Made by a program: the position numbers and the translations under genes. Below, in pieces: positions 47,957-59,429 of a stretch of DNA of 59,429 bases (positions within the stretch are counted from its first letter, which is position 1; every line of letters starts with the position of its first letter). This stretch comes from Clostridia bacterium. Its GTDB lineage: Bacteria > Bacillota > Clostridia > UMGS1883 > UMGS1540. Below the pieces are notes generated by a model. That model worked only from the letters and a program-made list of their open reading frames with translations. It did not search any database and had not been told where the DNA came from. Location of the stretch: NCBI GenBank assembly GCA_045592445.1, contig JAZNUV010000004.1, positions 1 through 59,429 on the forward strand, read 5' to 3'.

Positions 47957-48238
47957 TCAAAGCTCGACTGACTGATTTTCCTCGTGAAACGTGCTTATTG
48001 CCTTTCTGACTTCAGAATTTGTAAGACGTTCACCGCGTGCAATTTTATCCTTTAGAGCTTCCGCTATATAAGCAGTGGATTTTAAATGTTTTTGCTTTTT
48101 CTTTTTCGGATTATCACATTTTCGGATTTTTCCATCAACTAAATAGCAAAACATGCCCTCAAGACCTACAACCACAAACACTCCGCCTTTATCTCGGCCG
48201 GCAATCGAATATACCAAACTGCCTGCGTCAATATCCAA
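47957..48238 (-). CDS. KOW-domain RNA-binding protein (L14e-like)
   Basis: SIAGRDKG and VDGKIRK..PKKKKQKHL motifs; usual clostridial position between map and infA. Confidence 0.88.
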   Translation of the reverse strand: MDIDAGSLVYSIAGRDKGGVFVVVGLEGMFCYLVDGKIRKCDNPKKKKQKHLKSTAYIAEALKDKIARGERLTNSEVRKAISTFHEENQSVEL

Positions 48239-48244
48239 AATAAA

Positions 48245-49009
48245 TCACCTCTGTAATTCTTCAGGACTGATTGTCAGAATCTCAGCCTCATTATCAGTTA
48301 TGGCCACAGTGTTCTCGTAATGCGCTGCTAATTTGTCGTCACATGTTTTAATGGTCCAACCGTCTGCCAACTGTTCCACCTTGTGCGAGCCCAGCGTAAT
48401 CATTGGTTCAATGGCAATTGTCATGCCTTGGCGCAATCGAATGCCGCGGCCGGCTGTCCCAAAATTCGGTACATCCGGGTCTTCGTGCACCGCCTTACCT
48501 ATGCCATGTCCTACCAATTCACGCACAACACCAAACCCTTGTTCCTCAGCCGTTTTTTGCACTGCCGCGGAAATGTCTCCGATACGGAAGCCATCCTGTG
48601 CAAAGCGAACTGCATCAAAAAAGCATTGTTTTGCGGTGTCAATCAGCGTTCTTGCCTCATCGGATATCTCACCAACTGCAAATGTACGCGCGGCATCGCC
48701 ACAAAATCCATCCAACCTTACACCAACATCAAGGCTTATAATATCACCCGCATGGAGCACGGTGGAATCTGGAATACCATGTACGACAACTGCGTTTAAT
48801 GAAGTGCAAATGGATTTGGGGAAACCATTATAATTCTTAAAGGCAGGTATTCCACCATGCTTTCTTATAAAATTTTCCGCAAGTGCATCTATTTCCGCGG
48901 TTGTAATACCGGGCTCAATTTTCGATGCAAGATAGGAAAGTGTTTCCCCTGTCAGTCTGCCTGCGAGACGCATCGCCGCAAGCTCCTGCTCATTTTTCAG
49001 CGTAATCAT
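48245..49009 (-). CDS. map: Methionine aminopeptidase type I
   Basis: VVHGIP, GHGIG..HEDP, AIEPM and AHYENT motifs. Confidence 0.96.
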   Translation of the reverse strand: MITLKNEQELAAMRLAGRLTGETLSYLASKIEPGITTAEIDALAENFIRKHGGIPAFKNYNGFPKSICTSLNAVVVHGIPDSTVLHAGDIISLDVGVRLDGFCGDAARTFAVGEISDEARTLIDTAKQCFFDAVRFAQDGFRIGDISAAVQKTAEEQGFGVVRELVGHGIGKAVHEDPDVPNFGTAGRGIRLRQGMTIAIEPMITLGSHKVEQLADGWTIKTCDDKLAAHYENTVAITDNEAEILTISPEELQR

Positions 49010-49644
49010 TATTGCACCTCGAGTGCGGCTTTAACTGCTGCCGCTGTCTCCTCCACACTGCCTTCACTCAGAATGTTAATAAGCTTGCCTGCCTTTTCAT
49101 AATACGCAATCAAAGGTTCTGTCTGCGCGTGATAGACTGCAAGGCGCTTTTTGATCGTCTCTTCCGTATCATCCGGACGGATTGTAAGTTCTTTCCCGCA
49201 CACATTGCACACACCTTCGGTTTTGGGCGGATTAAAAGTTACATGATACGTGGCACCACAAGAAGCACACACTCTTCTGCCGCCGAGGCGCTTTAAGATT
49301 TCTTCATCCCCGACTGCAATATTTAAAACAGTGTAAGGTTCAATCTGCATTTCGTCCAGCTGTTGTGCCTGCGGAATTGTGCGCGGAATGCCATCTAAGA
49401 TAAAGCCGCCCGCACAATCCGGCTGCTTTAGCCGATTTTCCACAATTGCCATAATAATAGAATCCGGCACAAGCTGTCCTTCGTCAATATACTGTTTCGT
49501 CGTTTTGCCCAATGCACTGCCATCCCGAATTTCCGCACGAATCATCGCACCTGTAGAAATTGTCGGAATATTGTACATTGCAGCTAAACGTTCGGCCTGT
49601 GTGCCTTTACCGGCACCCGGAGGCCCTAATAAAATAATTTTCAT
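49009..49644 (-). CDS. adk: Adenylate kinase
   Basis: GPPGAGKGTQA P-loop; LDGIPRT; Zn-lid CxxC pairs. Confidence 0.97.
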   Translation of the reverse strand: MKIILLGPPGAGKGTQAERLAAMYNIPTISTGAMIRAEIRDGSALGKTTKQYIDEGQLVPDSIIMAIVENRLKQPDCAGGFILDGIPRTIPQAQQLDEMQIEPYTVLNIAVGDEEILKRLGGRRVCASCGATYHVTFNPPKTEGVCNVCGKELTIRPDDTEETIKKRLAVYHAQTEPLIAYYEKAGKLINILSEGSVEETAAAVKAALEVQ

Positions 49645-49667
49645 TGTAATCTCATCTCTTCCTATGC

Positions 49668-50954
49668 TTACTGTAAAAATCCTTTGTAGTGACGCATAAG
49701 CATTTGCGACTCGATTTGCTTTACTGTTTCCAACGCAACACCAACTACGATAAGCAAGGATGTTCCACCAATACTAATGGTAGATAGTTTGGAATCAATA
49801 AGTGCCAAAACAATCGGCAAAATTGCAATCAGTCCCAAGAAAAACGCACCGACGAGTGTAATTCTCGACAAAACCTTGGCGATAAAATCGCTGGTCGGCT
49901 TACCAGGACGGATACCTGGAATAAATCCACCGTTTTTCTTCATGTTGTTTGCCACTTCTATCGGATTAAAGGTAATCGACGTATAGAAATAAGTGAAGGC
50001 TACAATCAAAACAAAATAGATAAGTGCATACCAGCCATTACTCTGATTAAAGAACTTGAGCACCCACAGTGCAAACCCTTCTGTCGGATTCGGCTTTACC
50101 AAGGACACAATTGTACTCGGGAAAGCCAAAAGGCTCATGGCGAAGATAATCGGCATAACACCTGCCATCGTCACTTTAATCGGAATATGTGTGGATTGAC
50201 CACCGTACATCTTTCTGCCAACTACACGTTTTGCATACTGTACAGGGATTCTTCTTTCTCCATTATTGAAGAGAACAACGAAAGCAATCACCAAAACAAC
50301 AAAAACCAGAATGAGTAAAACGGCTAAATAGTTTTGAGATTCTCCACCCGTAAATGTCTGCCATATGGACTGAGCCATTGCAGGCACGCGAGATACGATA
50401 CCGGCAAAAATAATCATTGAAATACCATTGCCGATGCCTTTTTCTGTAATTTCTTCACCCAGCCACATCAAAAACGCTGTGCCTGCAGTAAAGCTCAACG
50501 TAATTACAAAAAATGTGAAAACGCCCGGGTTGGATACCGCATTCGCGTTGTTAAGGCCAATATAAAGACCTGCTGCCTGCACAAAAGCAAGCAAAACTGC
50601 AACATATCTTGTAATCTTGTTAATAATTTTTCTGCCTTCCTCGCCTTCTTTGCTAAGGCGTTCCAAAGCAGGAATCGCAACAGACAAAAGCTGAATAATA
50701 ATAGACGAGTTAATGTAGGGGGAAATACTCATTGCAAAGATAGTTGCCTGGCTGAATGCACCACCAGAGAACATGTCCATGATATTGAATATTGTATTAC
50801 CACCCTCTTGTACCCATGATGCCAAGGCTGCATTGTCAAGCCACGGCACAGGGATTACGGAACCAAAGCGAAAAACAACGAGAAGTAATAATGTGTAAAG
50901 CATTTTCTTGCGCAGTTCGGGAATTCCCCATGCGTTCTTTAAAATCTTAAACAC
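49668..50954 (-). CDS. secY: Preprotein translocase SecY
   Basis: ISPYINSSII, GIGNGISM, GFIPGIRPG and GGTSLLIVVGV motifs. Confidence 0.98.
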   Translation of the reverse strand: MFKILKNAWGIPELRKKMLYTLLLLVVFRFGSVIPVPWLDNAALASWVQEGGNTIFNIMDMFSGGAFSQATIFAMSISPYINSSIIIQLLSVAIPALERLSKEGEEGRKIINKITRYVAVLLAFVQAAGLYIGLNNANAVSNPGVFTFFVITLSFTAGTAFLMWLGEEITEKGIGNGISMIIFAGIVSRVPAMAQSIWQTFTGGESQNYLAVLLILVFVVLVIAFVVLFNNGERRIPVQYAKRVVGRKMYGGQSTHIPIKVTMAGVMPIIFAMSLLAFPSTIVSLVKPNPTEGFALWVLKFFNQSNGWYALIYFVLIVAFTYFYTSITFNPIEVANNMKKNGGFIPGIRPGKPTSDFIAKVLSRITLVGAFFLGLIAILPIVLALIDSKLSTISIGGTSLLIVVGVALETVKQIESQMLMRHYKGFLQ

Positions 50955-51395
50955 TTATATCACCTCTGCCTTTCCACCTGCCGCTTCAATTTTCTCAGCA
51001 GCAGTTTTGGAAAAACGAACTGCCTTTACGGTAAGTTTCTTAGTAAGCTCGCCTCTTCCCAAAATCACAACGCCGTCCAAGGTCTTGCTGATAATGCCGT
51101 TTGCACGCAATACATCAGCTGTCACCTCTGTACCGTCCTCGAATTTGTTCAATTGGGAAACGTTTATCGAAACATATTCATTTGCAAATATGTTGGTAAA
51201 ACCTCGTTTGGGTAAACGTCTGTATAAAGGCATCTGTCCACCTTCAAACCCCGGACGTACACCGCCGCCCGAACGTGCGTTCTGACCCTTGTGGCCTCTA
51301 CCTGCCGTTTTGCCATTTCCTGTGCCGGCGCCTCTCCCCTTGCGTTTTGCAACGGTTTTGCTGCCCGGTACGGGACTAAGCTCATACAGCTTCAT
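50955..51395 (-). CDS. rplO: 50S ribosomal protein L15
   Basis: [12 protein letters not shown] and [17 protein letters not shown] motifs. Confidence 0.98.
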   Translation of the reverse strand: MKLYELSPVPGSKTVAKRKGRGAGTGNGKTAGRGHKGQNARSGGGVRPGFEGGQMPLYRRLPKRGFTNIFANEYVSINVSQLNKFEDGTEVTADVLRANGIISKTLDGVVILGRGELTKKLTVKAVRFSKTAAEKIEAAGGKAEVI

Positions 51396-51415
51396 AATGC
51401 AACACCTCCTTTAAT

Positions 51416-51595
51416 TTAAGCTTCCTCTACCGTCAATAAATGCGAAACCTTGTTAATCATACCTCTGATTTGAGGTGTGTCCGCGTGTTCTTTCGTATCG
51501 CGGATTTTCTTTAAACCGAGTGCTGCTACCGTTGCAATCTGGTCCTTTTTGCAACCGATAGTGCTTTTCTTCAGTGTAACCTTGAGTTTAGCCAA
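51416..51595 (-). CDS. rpmD: 50S ribosomal protein L30 (not in ORF track)
   Basis: TTG start; manual translation [14 protein letters not shown]...ALGLKK...[20 protein letters not shown]. Confidence 0.95.
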   Translation of the reverse strand: MAKLKVTLKKSTIGCKKDQIATVAALGLKKIRDTKEHADTPQIRGMINKVSHLLTVEEA

Positions 51596-51612
51596 TGCAA
51601 ACCCTCCTTTAC

Positions 51613-52110
51613 TTACAGTTCTTCGATTGCTTTACCGCGCAGACGTGCTACATCAGCCGCAAACTTTAAATTCTTAAGGCCTGCGATTGTTGCATCTACA
51701 ACATTCTTTGCGTTATTGCTGCGAAGAGACTTTGTACGAACATTCTTAATGCCTGCAAGCTCCATGACCGCACGGACAGGGCCGCCTGCGATAACGCCGG
51801 TACCTTCTACAGCCGGCTTAATGAGTACGCGTCCAGCACCAAAAGCACCAATGATTTCATGGGGAACTGTCCCGTTTACAATCGGAACCTTTACCATGTT
51901 TTTCTTGGCATCTTCAATGCCCTTACGGATTGCATCCGGAATTTCAGCAGCCTTGCCGAGTCCGCTGCCTACACGTCCATTCTCGTCTCCGACAACAACC
52001 AAAGCTGTAAAGCGGAAGTTTCTGCCACCCTTAACAACTTTTGCAACGCGATTTAGGCATACAACCTTTTCCTTAATATCTAATTCTGTGGGATCAATCC
52101 TGTTTGCCAT
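51613..52110 (-). CDS. rpsE: 30S ribosomal protein S5
   Basis: [11 protein letters not shown] and GTGVIAGG motifs. Confidence 0.97.
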   Translation of the reverse strand: MANRIDPTELDIKEKVVCLNRVAKVVKGGRNFRFTALVVVGDENGRVGSGLGKAAEIPDAIRKGIEDAKKNMVKVPIVNGTVPHEIIGAFGAGRVLIKPAVEGTGVIAGGPVRAVMELAGIKNVRTKSLRSNNAKNVVDATIAGLKNLKFAADVARLRGKAIEEL

Positions 52111-52123
52111 GCTATCCCTCCTC

Positions 52124-52483
52124 TTAAAATTCCAGTCCGCCTTCGCGTGCACCTTCTGCAAGTGCCGCTACGCGTCCATGATAAATGTAACCGCCGCGGT
52201 CAAATACGACCGACTTAATGCCTTTTGCAAGCGCATGCTTCGCAACCAGTTTGCCAACCTCGCGTGCTGCGTCTGCATTGCCACCGTAGCCACTGAAATC
52301 CTTATCTAAGGAGGAAGCTGCGGCGAGCGTTACGCCCTTCTCATCGTCAATAATCTGGGCGTATATATGATTCAGGCTTCTGAAAACGTTCAGGCGAGGA
52401 CGTGCCTCTGTTCCGACGATGTTACGACGAATACGACCGTGACGCTTTATTCTTGCCTTATTGCTAGATGCTTTATTAATCAT
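52124..52483 (-). CDS. rplR: 50S ribosomal protein L18
   Basis: RPRLNVFRS and [12 protein letters not shown] motifs. Confidence 0.97.
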   Translation of the reverse strand: MINKASSNKARIKRHGRIRRNIVGTEARPRLNVFRSLNHIYAQIIDDEKGVTLAAASSLDKDFSGYGGNADAAREVGKLVAKHALAKGIKSVVFDRGGYIYHGRVAALAEGAREGGLEF

Positions 52484-52500
52484 CCTATACAGCTCCTCTC

Positions 52501-53049
52501 TTAACCTTTTGCCTTACCGGCCTTGCCTTCCTTGCGGCGGATATGCTCAGTAGAATACTTAATACCCTTGCCCTTATACGGCTCCGGCAGTCTCTTTTCA
52601 CGAATATTGGCCGCGATGTGACCTACCAATTGCTTATCTGCGCCGCGAACAAGAATTTTGTTCGGAGCAGGTACTTCAATTTCAATGCCGTCAACAGGCT
52701 CCATTTCAACGGGATGGGAATAGCCAAGACTCAAGACCAATTTCTTGCCCTGCATCTGTGCTCTGTAACCAACACCGTTAATTTCCAGTTCTTTTTGAAA
52801 GCCTTCCGTTACACCTGTTACCATATTGGCAAGCAGTGAACGTGTAAGACCGTGTAATGCCTTATGTTTCTTCTGTTCTGAAGGACGAATGATGTTGATT
52901 ACGCCATCACTCATTTCAATCTTCATTTCAGGATGTAACGCCTGGCAAAGCGTTCCTTTAGGACCTTTTACTGTTACTTCGTTCGTTGCGCTGACTTTTA
53001 CATCTACGCCTGCGGGTACAGTAATCGGCATTCTCCCAATTCTCGACAT
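52501..53049 (-). CDS. rplF: 50S ribosomal protein L6
   Basis: MSRIG and PEPYKGKGI motifs. Confidence 0.97.
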   Translation of the reverse strand: MSRIGRMPITVPAGVDVKVSATNEVTVKGPKGTLCQALHPEMKIEMSDGVINIIRPSEQKKHKALHGLTRSLLANMVTGVTEGFQKELEINGVGYRAQMQGKKLVLSLGYSHPVEMEPVDGIEIEVPAPNKILVRGADKQLVGHIAANIREKRLPEPYKGKGIKYSTEHIRRKEGKAGKAKG

Positions 53050-53075
53050 TGCGTTTCACCACCATTTCTTAAAAT

Positions 53076-53474
53076 TTACCAAACAAACGCTAATACTTCG
53101 CCGCCAACGTGCTCAGCACGTGCCTTTTTGTCTGTCATTATACCCTTAGATGTGGAAATAATGGCAATACCGAGGCCTTTGAGTACGCGGGGAAGTTCAT
53201 CATGACTTGCATATACGCGCAAACCGGGTTTCGATATTCTCTTCAGTCCGGAGAGAACTCTCTCTTTGTTTGCACCATATTTTAATGTTACACGGATGAT
53301 GCCTTGTTTTTCATCATCTATAATTTGATATCCTCTGATATAGCCTTCCTCATTCAAAATGTCGGCAATTGCCTTTTTCATATTGGATGCGGGAATATCA
53401 ACAGTTTCATGCCTTGCGGAGTTTGCATTTCTGATACGTGTAAGCATATCAGCAATGGGATCTGTCAATTGCAT
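53076..53474 (-). CDS. rpsH: 30S ribosomal protein S8
   Basis: [13 protein letters not shown] and ISKPGLRVY motifs. Confidence 0.98.
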   Translation of the reverse strand: MQLTDPIADMLTRIRNANSARHETVDIPASNMKKAIADILNEEGYIRGYQIIDDEKQGIIRVTLKYGANKERVLSGLKRISKPGLRVYASHDELPRVLKGLGIAIISTSKGIMTDKKARAEHVGGEVLAFVW

Positions 53475-53504
53475 TGTACTACCTCCTTTTCCGTAGCTTT
53501 AAAA

Positions 53505-53690
53505 TTACCAACTTGCCTTTTTTACACCGGGGATTTGACCTTTATATGCCATTTCTCTGAAACAAATACGGCAAATACCGAATTTTCTCAAATATGCATG
53601 CGGTCTGCCGCAAATTCTGCAACGCGAGTATGCGCGTGTGCTGAATTTCGGTTCACGTTGTTGCTTTAAAATCATAGATTTCTTCGCCAT
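53505..53690 (-). CDS. rpsN: 30S ribosomal protein S14 (Zn-binding type Z)
   Basis: RCRICGRP and CRICFRE motifs. Confidence 0.97.
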   Translation of the reverse strand: MAKKSMILKQQREPKFSTRAYSRCRICGRPHAYLRKFGICRICFREMAYKGQIPGVKKASW

Positions 53691-53707
53691 TTTTTCGTTC
53701 CCTCCCC

Positions 53708-54256
53708 TCAGCTTCTGGCAAACGGAGCGCCCATAAGTGTTAAAAACTCACGTGCTTCCTCATCGGTCTTGGCGGTAGTGACAAAAATAATATCCATACC
53801 CCGTACCTTGTCTATCTTATCATACTCTATTTCCGGGAAAATCAACTGTTCTTTAACGCCCATTGTATAATTACCTCTGCCGTCAAAGGAATTCGGGTTG
53901 ATTCCTCTAAAGTCTCTGACTCGCGGCAACGCTACATTAAAAAGACGGTCAACAAACTCGTACATTTTCTCGCTTCTGAGCGTTACCTTACAGCCGATGT
54001 TCATGCCTTGTCTGAGTTTAAAGTTTGCAACGGATTTCTTTGCCTTTGTAATAACGGGCTTTTGACCTGTGATTTTTGCCAAATCGCCACATGCAGCCTC
54101 AACAGCCTTTGGATTTTCCTTCGCTTCGCCGAGACCGATATTGATTACAACTTTTTCAAGGCGAGGAATCTGCATTACACTCTTATAAGAAAATTTATTC
54201 ATCAGAGCCGGTGCAACCTCGCTCTTATATTTCTCTTGCATTCTGGACATTGGCAT
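53708..54256 (-). CDS. rplE: 50S ribosomal protein L5
   Basis: [16 protein letters not shown] and FDGRGNY motifs. Confidence 0.97.
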   Translation of the reverse strand: MPMSRMQEKYKSEVAPALMNKFSYKSVMQIPRLEKVVINIGLGEAKENPKAVEAACGDLAKITGQKPVITKAKKSVANFKLRQGMNIGCKVTLRSEKMYEFVDRLFNVALPRVRDFRGINPNSFDGRGNYTMGVKEQLIFPEIEYDKIDKVRGMDIIFVTTAKTDEEAREFLTLMGAPFARS

Positions 54257-54268
54257 TCCCTCCTTTCA

Positions 54269-54592
54269 CTAATCGTTAAAGGTTTCGTTGCATTTTTTGC
54301 AAACTCTTACCTTTTTACCATCATCCAATATTTTTCTGCCGATTCTCGTCGGCTTATTGCACTTTGAACAAATGTGCATAACTTTGGATGCATCAATTGC
54401 AGCTTCCTGCTTTACAATACCACCGACTTCGCCCTGCTTGCGGGGCTTTGTATGCTTTGAAACAATGCCGACACCCTCAACGATAACCTTGCCTTCCGAA
54501 GGGAGCACTTCCAAAACCTTACCGGTCTTATTCTTGTCTGCGCCAGATATAACGCGAACCATATCATCTTTCTTAATGTGCATTTTACGCAT
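54269..54592 (-). CDS. rplX: 50S ribosomal protein L24
   Basis: HIKKDDMVRVISG KOW motif; VIVEGV. Confidence 0.96.
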   Translation of the reverse strand: MRKMHIKKDDMVRVISGADKNKTGKVLEVLPSEGKVIVEGVGIVSKHTKPRKQGEVGGIVKQEAAIDASKVMHICSKCNKPTRIGRKILDDGKKVRVCKKCNETFND

Positions 54593-54605
54593 TCCTGCCA
54601 CCTCC

Positions 54606-54974
54606 TTAAAGTACTTCCGGCGCCAAGGATATAATCTTCATATAATCCTTGTCGCGGAGTTCACGGGCAACCGGACCAAAAATACGCGTACCTCTCGGAT
54701 TTTTATCCTCTCTTATAATAACGGCCGCATTTTCATCAAACCGAATATAGCTACCGTCAGGTCTTCTCAGGCCCTTGACGGTACGAACTACAACGGCCTT
54801 TACAACCTCGCCCTTTTTAACAACCCCGCCGGGCGTTGCTTTTTTAACCGAAGCAACAATTACATCACCGACGTTAGCATATCTTTTCAGTGAACCGCCC
54901 AGACAACGAATGCACATAATTTCTTTTGCGCCTGTGTTGTCGGCCACTTTAAGCAGCGATTGCTGTTGTATCAT
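54606..54974 (-). CDS. rplN: 50S ribosomal protein L14
   Basis: VADNTGAK and [12 protein letters not shown] motifs. Confidence 0.98.
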   Translation of the reverse strand: MIQQQSLLKVADNTGAKEIMCIRCLGGSLKRYANVGDVIVASVKKATPGGVVKKGEVVKAVVVRTVKGLRRPDGSYIRFDENAAVIIREDKNPRGTRIFGPVARELRDKDYMKIISLAPEVL

Positions 54975-54998
54975 TTCCGTTCACTCCTTCCGATTCTA

Positions 54999-55256
54999 TT
55001 ATCTCGCCTTTTCGACGATCTCAACTAATCTCCAACGCTTGTCACGGCTCAAAGGTCTTGTTTCCATAACCTTAACTCTATCGCCGATACCGCAGATATT
55101 CTCTGCATCATGCGCCTTGAGCTTATATGTCCTCTTAACAATTTTACCATAAAGCGGATGCTTTACGTGGTTTTCGATGGCAACGACAATGGTTTTATCC
55201 ATTTTATCGCTAACCACAACCCCGATTCTGACCTTACGCGCATTTCTTTCAGCCAT
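54999..55256 (-). CDS. rpsQ: 30S ribosomal protein S17
   Basis: [11 protein letters not shown] and HPLYGK motifs. Confidence 0.97.
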   Translation of the reverse strand: MAERNARKVRIGVVVSDKMDKTIVVAIENHVKHPLYGKIVKRTYKLKAHDAENICGIGDRVKVMETRPLSRDKRWRLVEIVEKAR

Positions 55257-55273
55257 TTCGCTTCCTCCTTTCA

Positions 55274-55474
55274 TTAAACGGTTTCCTTAAGCTGTTGCTC
55301 TCTCAGTACCGTCTTAATCCGTGCAATCGTCTTTTTCACTTCAACAATGCGCATCGGATTATCGAGCTGATTGGTAGCGTGCTGAAAACGTAAGTTGAAA
55401 AGTTCTTTTTTAAGGTCCTGCAATTTTTCCTGCAGTTCTTCTACGTGCATATCACGGATTTCATTAACCTTCAC
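55274..55474 (-). CDS. rpmC: 50S ribosomal protein L29
   Basis: [11 protein letters not shown] and IARIKT motifs; GTG start. Confidence 0.95.
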   Translation of the reverse strand: MKVNEIRDMHVEELQEKLQDLKKELFNLRFQHATNQLDNPMRIVEVKKTIARIKTVLREQQLKETV

Positions 55475-55904
55475 TCGAATCACCCTCCGTTTCCTGGGAT
55501 GCGCGGGTAATGAACTTGCACTTAATCGGGAGCTTATGTGCCGCAAGGCGCATAGCTTCACGTGCAGTTTCTTCATTTACACCGCCAATTTCAAACAAAA
55601 CTCTACCGGGCTTTACAACTGCTACCCAGTATTCCGGTGAACCCTTACCGCTACCCATACGAGTTTCAGCGGGTTTCTCCGTAACCGGCTTATCAGGGAA
55701 AATCTTGATCCAAACCTGACCGCCTCTCTTAATGTAACGCGTCATAGCGATACGAGCTGCTTCGATTTGGTTGGAGGTAATCCATGCCGGTTCAAGTGCC
55801 TGCAAGGCAAAATCGCCATATGCGATTTTATTGCCGCGAGTTGCTGCGCCCTTCATTCTACCGCGCATAACTCTTCTATATTTTACTCTTTTAGGCATTA
55901 ACAT
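55464..55904 (-). CDS. rplP: 50S ribosomal protein L16
   Basis: [10 protein letters not shown] and ETRMGSGKG motifs. Confidence 0.97.
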   Translation of the reverse strand: MLMPKRVKYRRVMRGRMKGAATRGNKIAYGDFALQALEPAWITSNQIEAARIAMTRYIKRGGQVWIKIFPDKPVTEKPAETRMGSGKGSPEYWVAVVKPGRVLFEIGGVNEETAREAMRLAAHKLPIKCKFITRASQETEGDSSEG

Positions 55905-56571
55905 TTTTCTTGCCTCCCTCCGTCTTGGGTGCTCTCTTTGCTTCCGGAAGCACTTCACCTTTGTAAATCCAGACTTTTACGCCGATTTTACCGTAGGTTG
56001 TGTCTGCTTCATAGAAACCATAGTCGATGTCTGCACGCAATGTCTGCAGCGGAATTGTTCCTTCATGGTAATGCTCGGTACGTGCAATTTCAGCACCGCC
56101 CAAACGACCGGAACAAGAGGTTTTAATACCCTTTACGCCAAGACGCATTGCTCTTTGCATTGTGGACTTCATTGCACGTCTGAAAGAAGTTCTCTTTTCA
56201 AGCTGTGCTGCAATGTTTTCTGCAACGAGCTGTGCATTTGCATCAGCATTTTTTACTTCAACAATATTGATGTTGACAGTTTTGCCTGTCATCGCTTCGA
56301 GCTGTGCCTTCAGCTTATCAATATCCGCACCATTCTTGCCGATAACAATACCGGGCTTTGCTGCATGAATGAAAATGCGAATCTTTGCAGAATCCTTTTC
56401 AATTTCAATGCTCGGAATACCGGCTGCAAACAGTTTCTTTTTGATAAATTCTCTGATTTTTGTGTCTTCTATCAGGTAATCAGCGAAAGAACGGTCATCC
56501 GCGAACCAACGCGAATCCCAATCTTTGATTACGCCAACCCTAAGACCGTGGGGATGTACTTTCTGACCCAT
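55891..56571 (-). CDS. rpsC: 30S ribosomal protein S3
   Basis: MGQKVHP and [10 protein letters not shown] motifs. Confidence 0.98.
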   Translation of the reverse strand: MGQKVHPHGLRVGVIKDWDSRWFADDRSFADYLIEDTKIREFIKKKLFAAGIPSIEIEKDSAKIRIFIHAAKPGIVIGKNGADIDKLKAQLEAMTGKTVNINIVEVKNADANAQLVAENIAAQLEKRTSFRRAMKSTMQRAMRLGVKGIKTSCSGRLGGAEIARTEHYHEGTIPLQTLRADIDYGFYEADTTYGKIGVKVWIYKGEVLPEAKRAPKTEGGKKNVNA

Positions 56572-56583
56572 GCTCTCGCCTCC

Positions 56584-56931
56584 TTACTCTTTTTCCGATA
56601 CCACTAATGTGATGTGGCTCGTTCTCTTTCTGATTCTGAACGCTCTGCCCTGTGCTCTCGGCTGAATACGCTTTAAGGTAGGCCCTTCATTGGCATACGC
56701 TTCTGTAACGTAGAGCTTATCTGCACTGAGGCCGAAATTATTTTCAGCGTTGGCAACGGCCGAATTTAAAAGCTTAATTAAAAGCTCGCTGGCCGCTTTG
56801 GGCGTGTTGTTCAGAATGCCTGCAGCTGTACCAACAGGCTTATTTCTGATAAGATCAATAACAAGCTTTACTTTGCGGGGTGAAATTCTTGCATACCGCA
56901 AGGTTGCGCTTGCAGATGTTCTTGCATCCAT
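56584..56931 (-). CDS. rplV: 50S ribosomal protein L22
   Basis: [14 protein letters not shown] and PRAQGRA motifs. Confidence 0.97.
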   Translation of the reverse strand: MDARTSASATLRYARISPRKVKLVIDLIRNKPVGTAAGILNNTPKAASELLIKLLNSAVANAENNFGLSADKLYVTEAYANEGPTLKRIQPRAQGRAFRIRKRTSHITLVVSEKE

Positions 56932-56954
56932 ATATAACCCTTTCCTTTCGCTTT

Positions 56955-57230
56955 TTATTTGCCGGTTGTTTTGGACCCGGCGTGACCTCTATACGTTCTT
57001 GTCGGTGCAAATTCACCAAGCTTATGTCCAACCATATCCTCCGTAACATAAACCGGAACATGCTTACGACCGTCATGAACCGCTATCGTGTGCCCGACCA
57101 TTTCGGGGAAAATTGTGGAGCTTCTCGACCATGTCTTCAGCACCTTTTTATCACCGCTTTCATTCATCTCGACGATACGAGCGAGTAAGCGTTCTTGCAC
57201 AAACGGTCCTTTTTTTACCGATCTGCTCAT
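56955..57230 (-). CDS. rpsS: 30S ribosomal protein S19
   Basis: KTWSRSS and [13 protein letters not shown] motifs. Confidence 0.98.
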   Translation of the reverse strand: MSRSVKKGPFVQERLLARIVEMNESGDKKVLKTWSRSSTIFPEMVGHTIAVHDGRKHVPVYVTEDMVGHKLGEFAPTRTYRGHAGSKTTGK

Positions 57231-57255
57231 AAGACTTTATCCTCCTCTCAAAAGG

Positions 57256-58089
57256 TTATCTCTGATTCCGGCGTTTAACAATAAACTTATTCGTTTCTTT
57301 ATTTTTCTTTCTGGTCTTAAGACCAAGAGCCGGTTTGCCCCAAGGTGTAACAGGACTGGGCATACCGATAGGTGACTTACCTTCACCACCGCCGTGCGGA
57401 TGGTCATTCGGGTTCATAACAACACCACGAACTGTCGGACGAATACCCATATGACGCTTACGGCCTGCTTTACCGATGGAGATGTTTTCATGCTCAAGAT
57501 TACCGACCTGGCCAATTGTAGCCATGCAGTCCATCCGAATCATTCTAACTTCACCGGAAGGGAGACGCACCTGTGCGTACTTGCCTTCTTTTGCCATGAG
57601 CTGTGCGCTGTTACCTGCACTTCTTACAAGCTGGCCGCCCTTACCGGGTGCAAGCTCAATATTATGAATCAGCGTACCGACCGGAATAGAGCTTATCGGC
57701 AATGCATTGCCGGGCTTTATGTCTGCCGTTGCGCTAGAGATAACAACGTCACCGTCAGTAAGACCTAAAGGTGCAATGATGTATCTCTTTTCACCGTCTT
57801 CATACTGCAAAAGTGCGATATTTGCGCTTCTGTTCGGATCGTACTCGATACCAATAACAGTTGCCGGCATATCCATCTTGTTGCGCTTGAAGTCGATTAC
57901 TCTGTATTTTTGTCTGTTTCCGCCGCCACGATGACGAACGGTAATTCTGCCGTATGCGTTTCTGCCGGCGTGCTTCTTTTGGGGTTCCAAAAGGGAGCGT
58001 TCCGGTGTGGTCTTTGTGATTTCGTCAAAGGCAGAGACCGTCATAAATCTGCGCGCCGGAGAAGTTGGTTTAAATTTTTTAACTGCCAT
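57256..58089 (-). CDS. rplB: 50S ribosomal protein L2
   Basis: IEYDPNRSA and [13 protein letters not shown] motifs. Confidence 0.98.
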   Translation of the reverse strand: MAVKKFKPTSPARRFMTVSAFDEITKTTPERSLLEPQKKHAGRNAYGRITVRHRGGGNRQKYRVIDFKRNKMDMPATVIGIEYDPNRSANIALLQYEDGEKRYIIAPLGLTDGDVVISSATADIKPGNALPISSIPVGTLIHNIELAPGKGGQLVRSAGNSAQLMAKEGKYAQVRLPSGEVRMIRMDCMATIGQVGNLEHENISIGKAGRKRHMGIRPTVRGVVMNPNDHPHGGGEGKSPIGMPSPVTPWGKPALGLKTRKKNKETNKFIVKRRNQR

Positions 58090-58106
58090 TTCAATCCCTC
58101 CTAAGC

Positions 58107-58403
58107 TTATACAAGGCCTTCGAAGAACTCAATCGTCTTGCTGCCTTCCGCGAGCGTAACGATGGCCTTTTTCCAGCTTGCTCTTCTGCCTTCGTTGGCA
58201 CCCATACGTTTCATTTTACCAAGCATATTCATGGTAGCAACTTTTTCAACCTTCACACCCGGGAAAACTGCTTCGATTGCTTTTTTGATTTCAATCTTAT
58301 TTGCATTTCGTGCAACTTCGAAGGTGTACTTCATGTCGCTGAGATTATCCATGCTGTTTTCCGTGATGATAGGACGAATTACAATATCATGTATGTTTTT
58401 CAT
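58107..58403 (-). CDS. rplW: 50S ribosomal protein L23
   Basis: [16 protein letters not shown] and WKKAIVTL motifs. Confidence 0.97.
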   Translation of the reverse strand: MKNIHDIVIRPIITENSMDNLSDMKYTFEVARNANKIEIKKAIEAVFPGVKVEKVATMNMLGKMKRMGANEGRRASWKKAIVTLAEGSKTIEFFEGLV

Positions 58404-58405
58404 AA

Positions 58406-59029
58406 TTATGCGTAAACCTCCTCCAATTTTTCGACGGCGTTTTGCGCAATAATCAGCTTATCGGATTTCAAAATGTCATATACATTCAGCATTCCGACAT
58501 AGGAAACTTCTACGCCGTACATATTTCTTGCGGACAAATAGAGGTTATCGTTTTTATCGCAGGTCACAATGAGTGCTTTGCCTGAAACGCCGAGGTCCTG
58601 CATCATTTGTGCAACCCTCTTTGTTTTGATTTCCGCAAGCTCAAGCTTATCAATTACCATGATTTCGCTATCCTGTACCTTGGCGCTAAGTGCGGAACGC
58701 ATTGCAACATCCTTAACCTTTTTGTTTACAGAGAAACCATAGTCTCTCGGCTTCGGCGCAAAAATGATACCGCCTTTAATCCACTGTGCCGCACGCGTGC
58801 TGCCCTGTCTTGCGCGGCCTGTTCCCTTCTGTCTGAAAGGCTTAGCTCCGCCGCCGGCAACTTCCGACCGGGTTTTTGCACTCTGCGTGCCCTGTCTTTG
58901 ATTTGCAAGATAATTGACGACAACGGTGTGCAGAACCGATTTATTTACTTCCTGACCAAAAACGGCATCGGACAATGTAATCTCGCCTGCGCGGCTGCCA
59001 TCCATTTTATATACATCTGTTTTAGGCAT
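58406..59029 (-). CDS. rplD: 50S ribosomal protein L4
   Basis: RQGT..KTRSEV and [12 protein letters not shown] motifs. Confidence 0.97.
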   Translation of the reverse strand: MPKTDVYKMDGSRAGEITLSDAVFGQEVNKSVLHTVVVNYLANQRQGTQSAKTRSEVAGGGAKPFRQKGTGRARQGSTRAAQWIKGGIIFAPKPRDYGFSVNKKVKDVAMRSALSAKVQDSEIMVIDKLELAEIKTKRVAQMMQDLGVSGKALIVTCDKNDNLYLSARNMYGVEVSYVGMLNVYDILKSDKLIIAQNAVEKLEEVYA

Positions 59030-59056
59030 GTTAAATCCTCCTTCCCTGGTAATCCA

Positions 59057-59429
59057 TTATTTCTTTACTGTATCCTTGACTGCAACAATGCCACCACGAG
59101 GGCCAGGCACTGCGCCTTTGATGAGAAGGAGATTTCTTTCGGAATCTACCTTCACAATATCCAAGTTTTGCACCGTTACACGGTCAACACCCATGTGTCC
59201 AGGGAGCTTTTTGCCCTTCATTACCTTAGACGGTGTAGAACAAGCACCCATAGAACCGGGGCCGCGATGATATTTGGAACCGTGAGCCATAGGACCGCGA
59301 TGTGTTCCAAATCTTTTAACGGTACCTGCGTAACCGTGACCTTTTGATGTACCTGTTACGTCGATTTTGTCGCCTTCTGCGAAAGCATCAACTGTGATAA
59401 CATCACCAAGGTTTAATTCTGCAGCGTTT
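59057..59429 (-). CDS. rplC: 50S ribosomal protein L3 (5'-partial, runs off the window)
   Basis: C-terminal HGSKYHRGPGSMG and KGAVPG motifs; frame continues past the right edge. Confidence 0.96.
   Translation of the reverse strand, partial: NAAELNLGDVITVDAFAEGDKIDVTGTSKGHGYAGTVKRFGTHRGPMAHGSKYHRGPGSMGACSTPSKVMKGKKLPGHMGVDRVTVQNLDIVKVDSERNLLLIKGAVPGPRGGIVAVKDTVKK

Noticed and set aside
51716-59347. Several 190-280 aa plus-strand ORFs in the ribosomal cluster
   Set aside because: Antisense shadows of codon-biased ribosomal protein genes.

Overview
Core chromosomal segment of a spore-forming Clostridia-type Firmicute (SASP, SleB, GerW/YtfJ, Firmicute ribosomal gene order). From left to right: tandem sigmaA promoters and a boxA-like site pointing off the left edge (probable rRNA operon leader); a double GT-C/PMT glycosyltransferase plus GT2; hpf, SASP, queG, a CBS protein, htpG, glmM and an Xaa-Pro peptidase; a four-domain flavodiiron protein, acyltransferase-3, luxS, an M14 peptidoglycan peptidase and cysK. 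A long minus-strand run follows: fakA, yloU, yhaN/yhaO-like pair, rpmE, two PfkB kinases, proS, purB, ytfJ/ytfI, scpBA, M50 protease, lysA, sleB, wecB, tagO, trpS, an aminotransferase, an MntR-like regulator, a Trp T-box-controlled TrpB2 and AraC. Then come a TAXI-TRAP transporter, a short AT-rich possible IS relic, and the S10-spc-alpha ribosomal cluster (rplQ to a partial rplC). I found no CRISPR array, tRNA, prophage or intact transposase. Four small ORFs absent from the ORF track were read by hand: rpmJ, rpmD, a 55-aa orphan and a 56-aa YtxH-like protein. The most unusual signal is non-coding. Several genes carry an inverted repeat whose downstream arm is the RBS and whose upstream arm lies at or before the gene's own promoter (htpG 18/18 bp, lysA 10/10 bp, sleB 9/9 bp, SASP weaker). 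These sit at junctions between vegetative and probable forespore genes, which suggests translational insulation against read-through. This is a hypothesis from manual inspection only; no folding or database searches were run.
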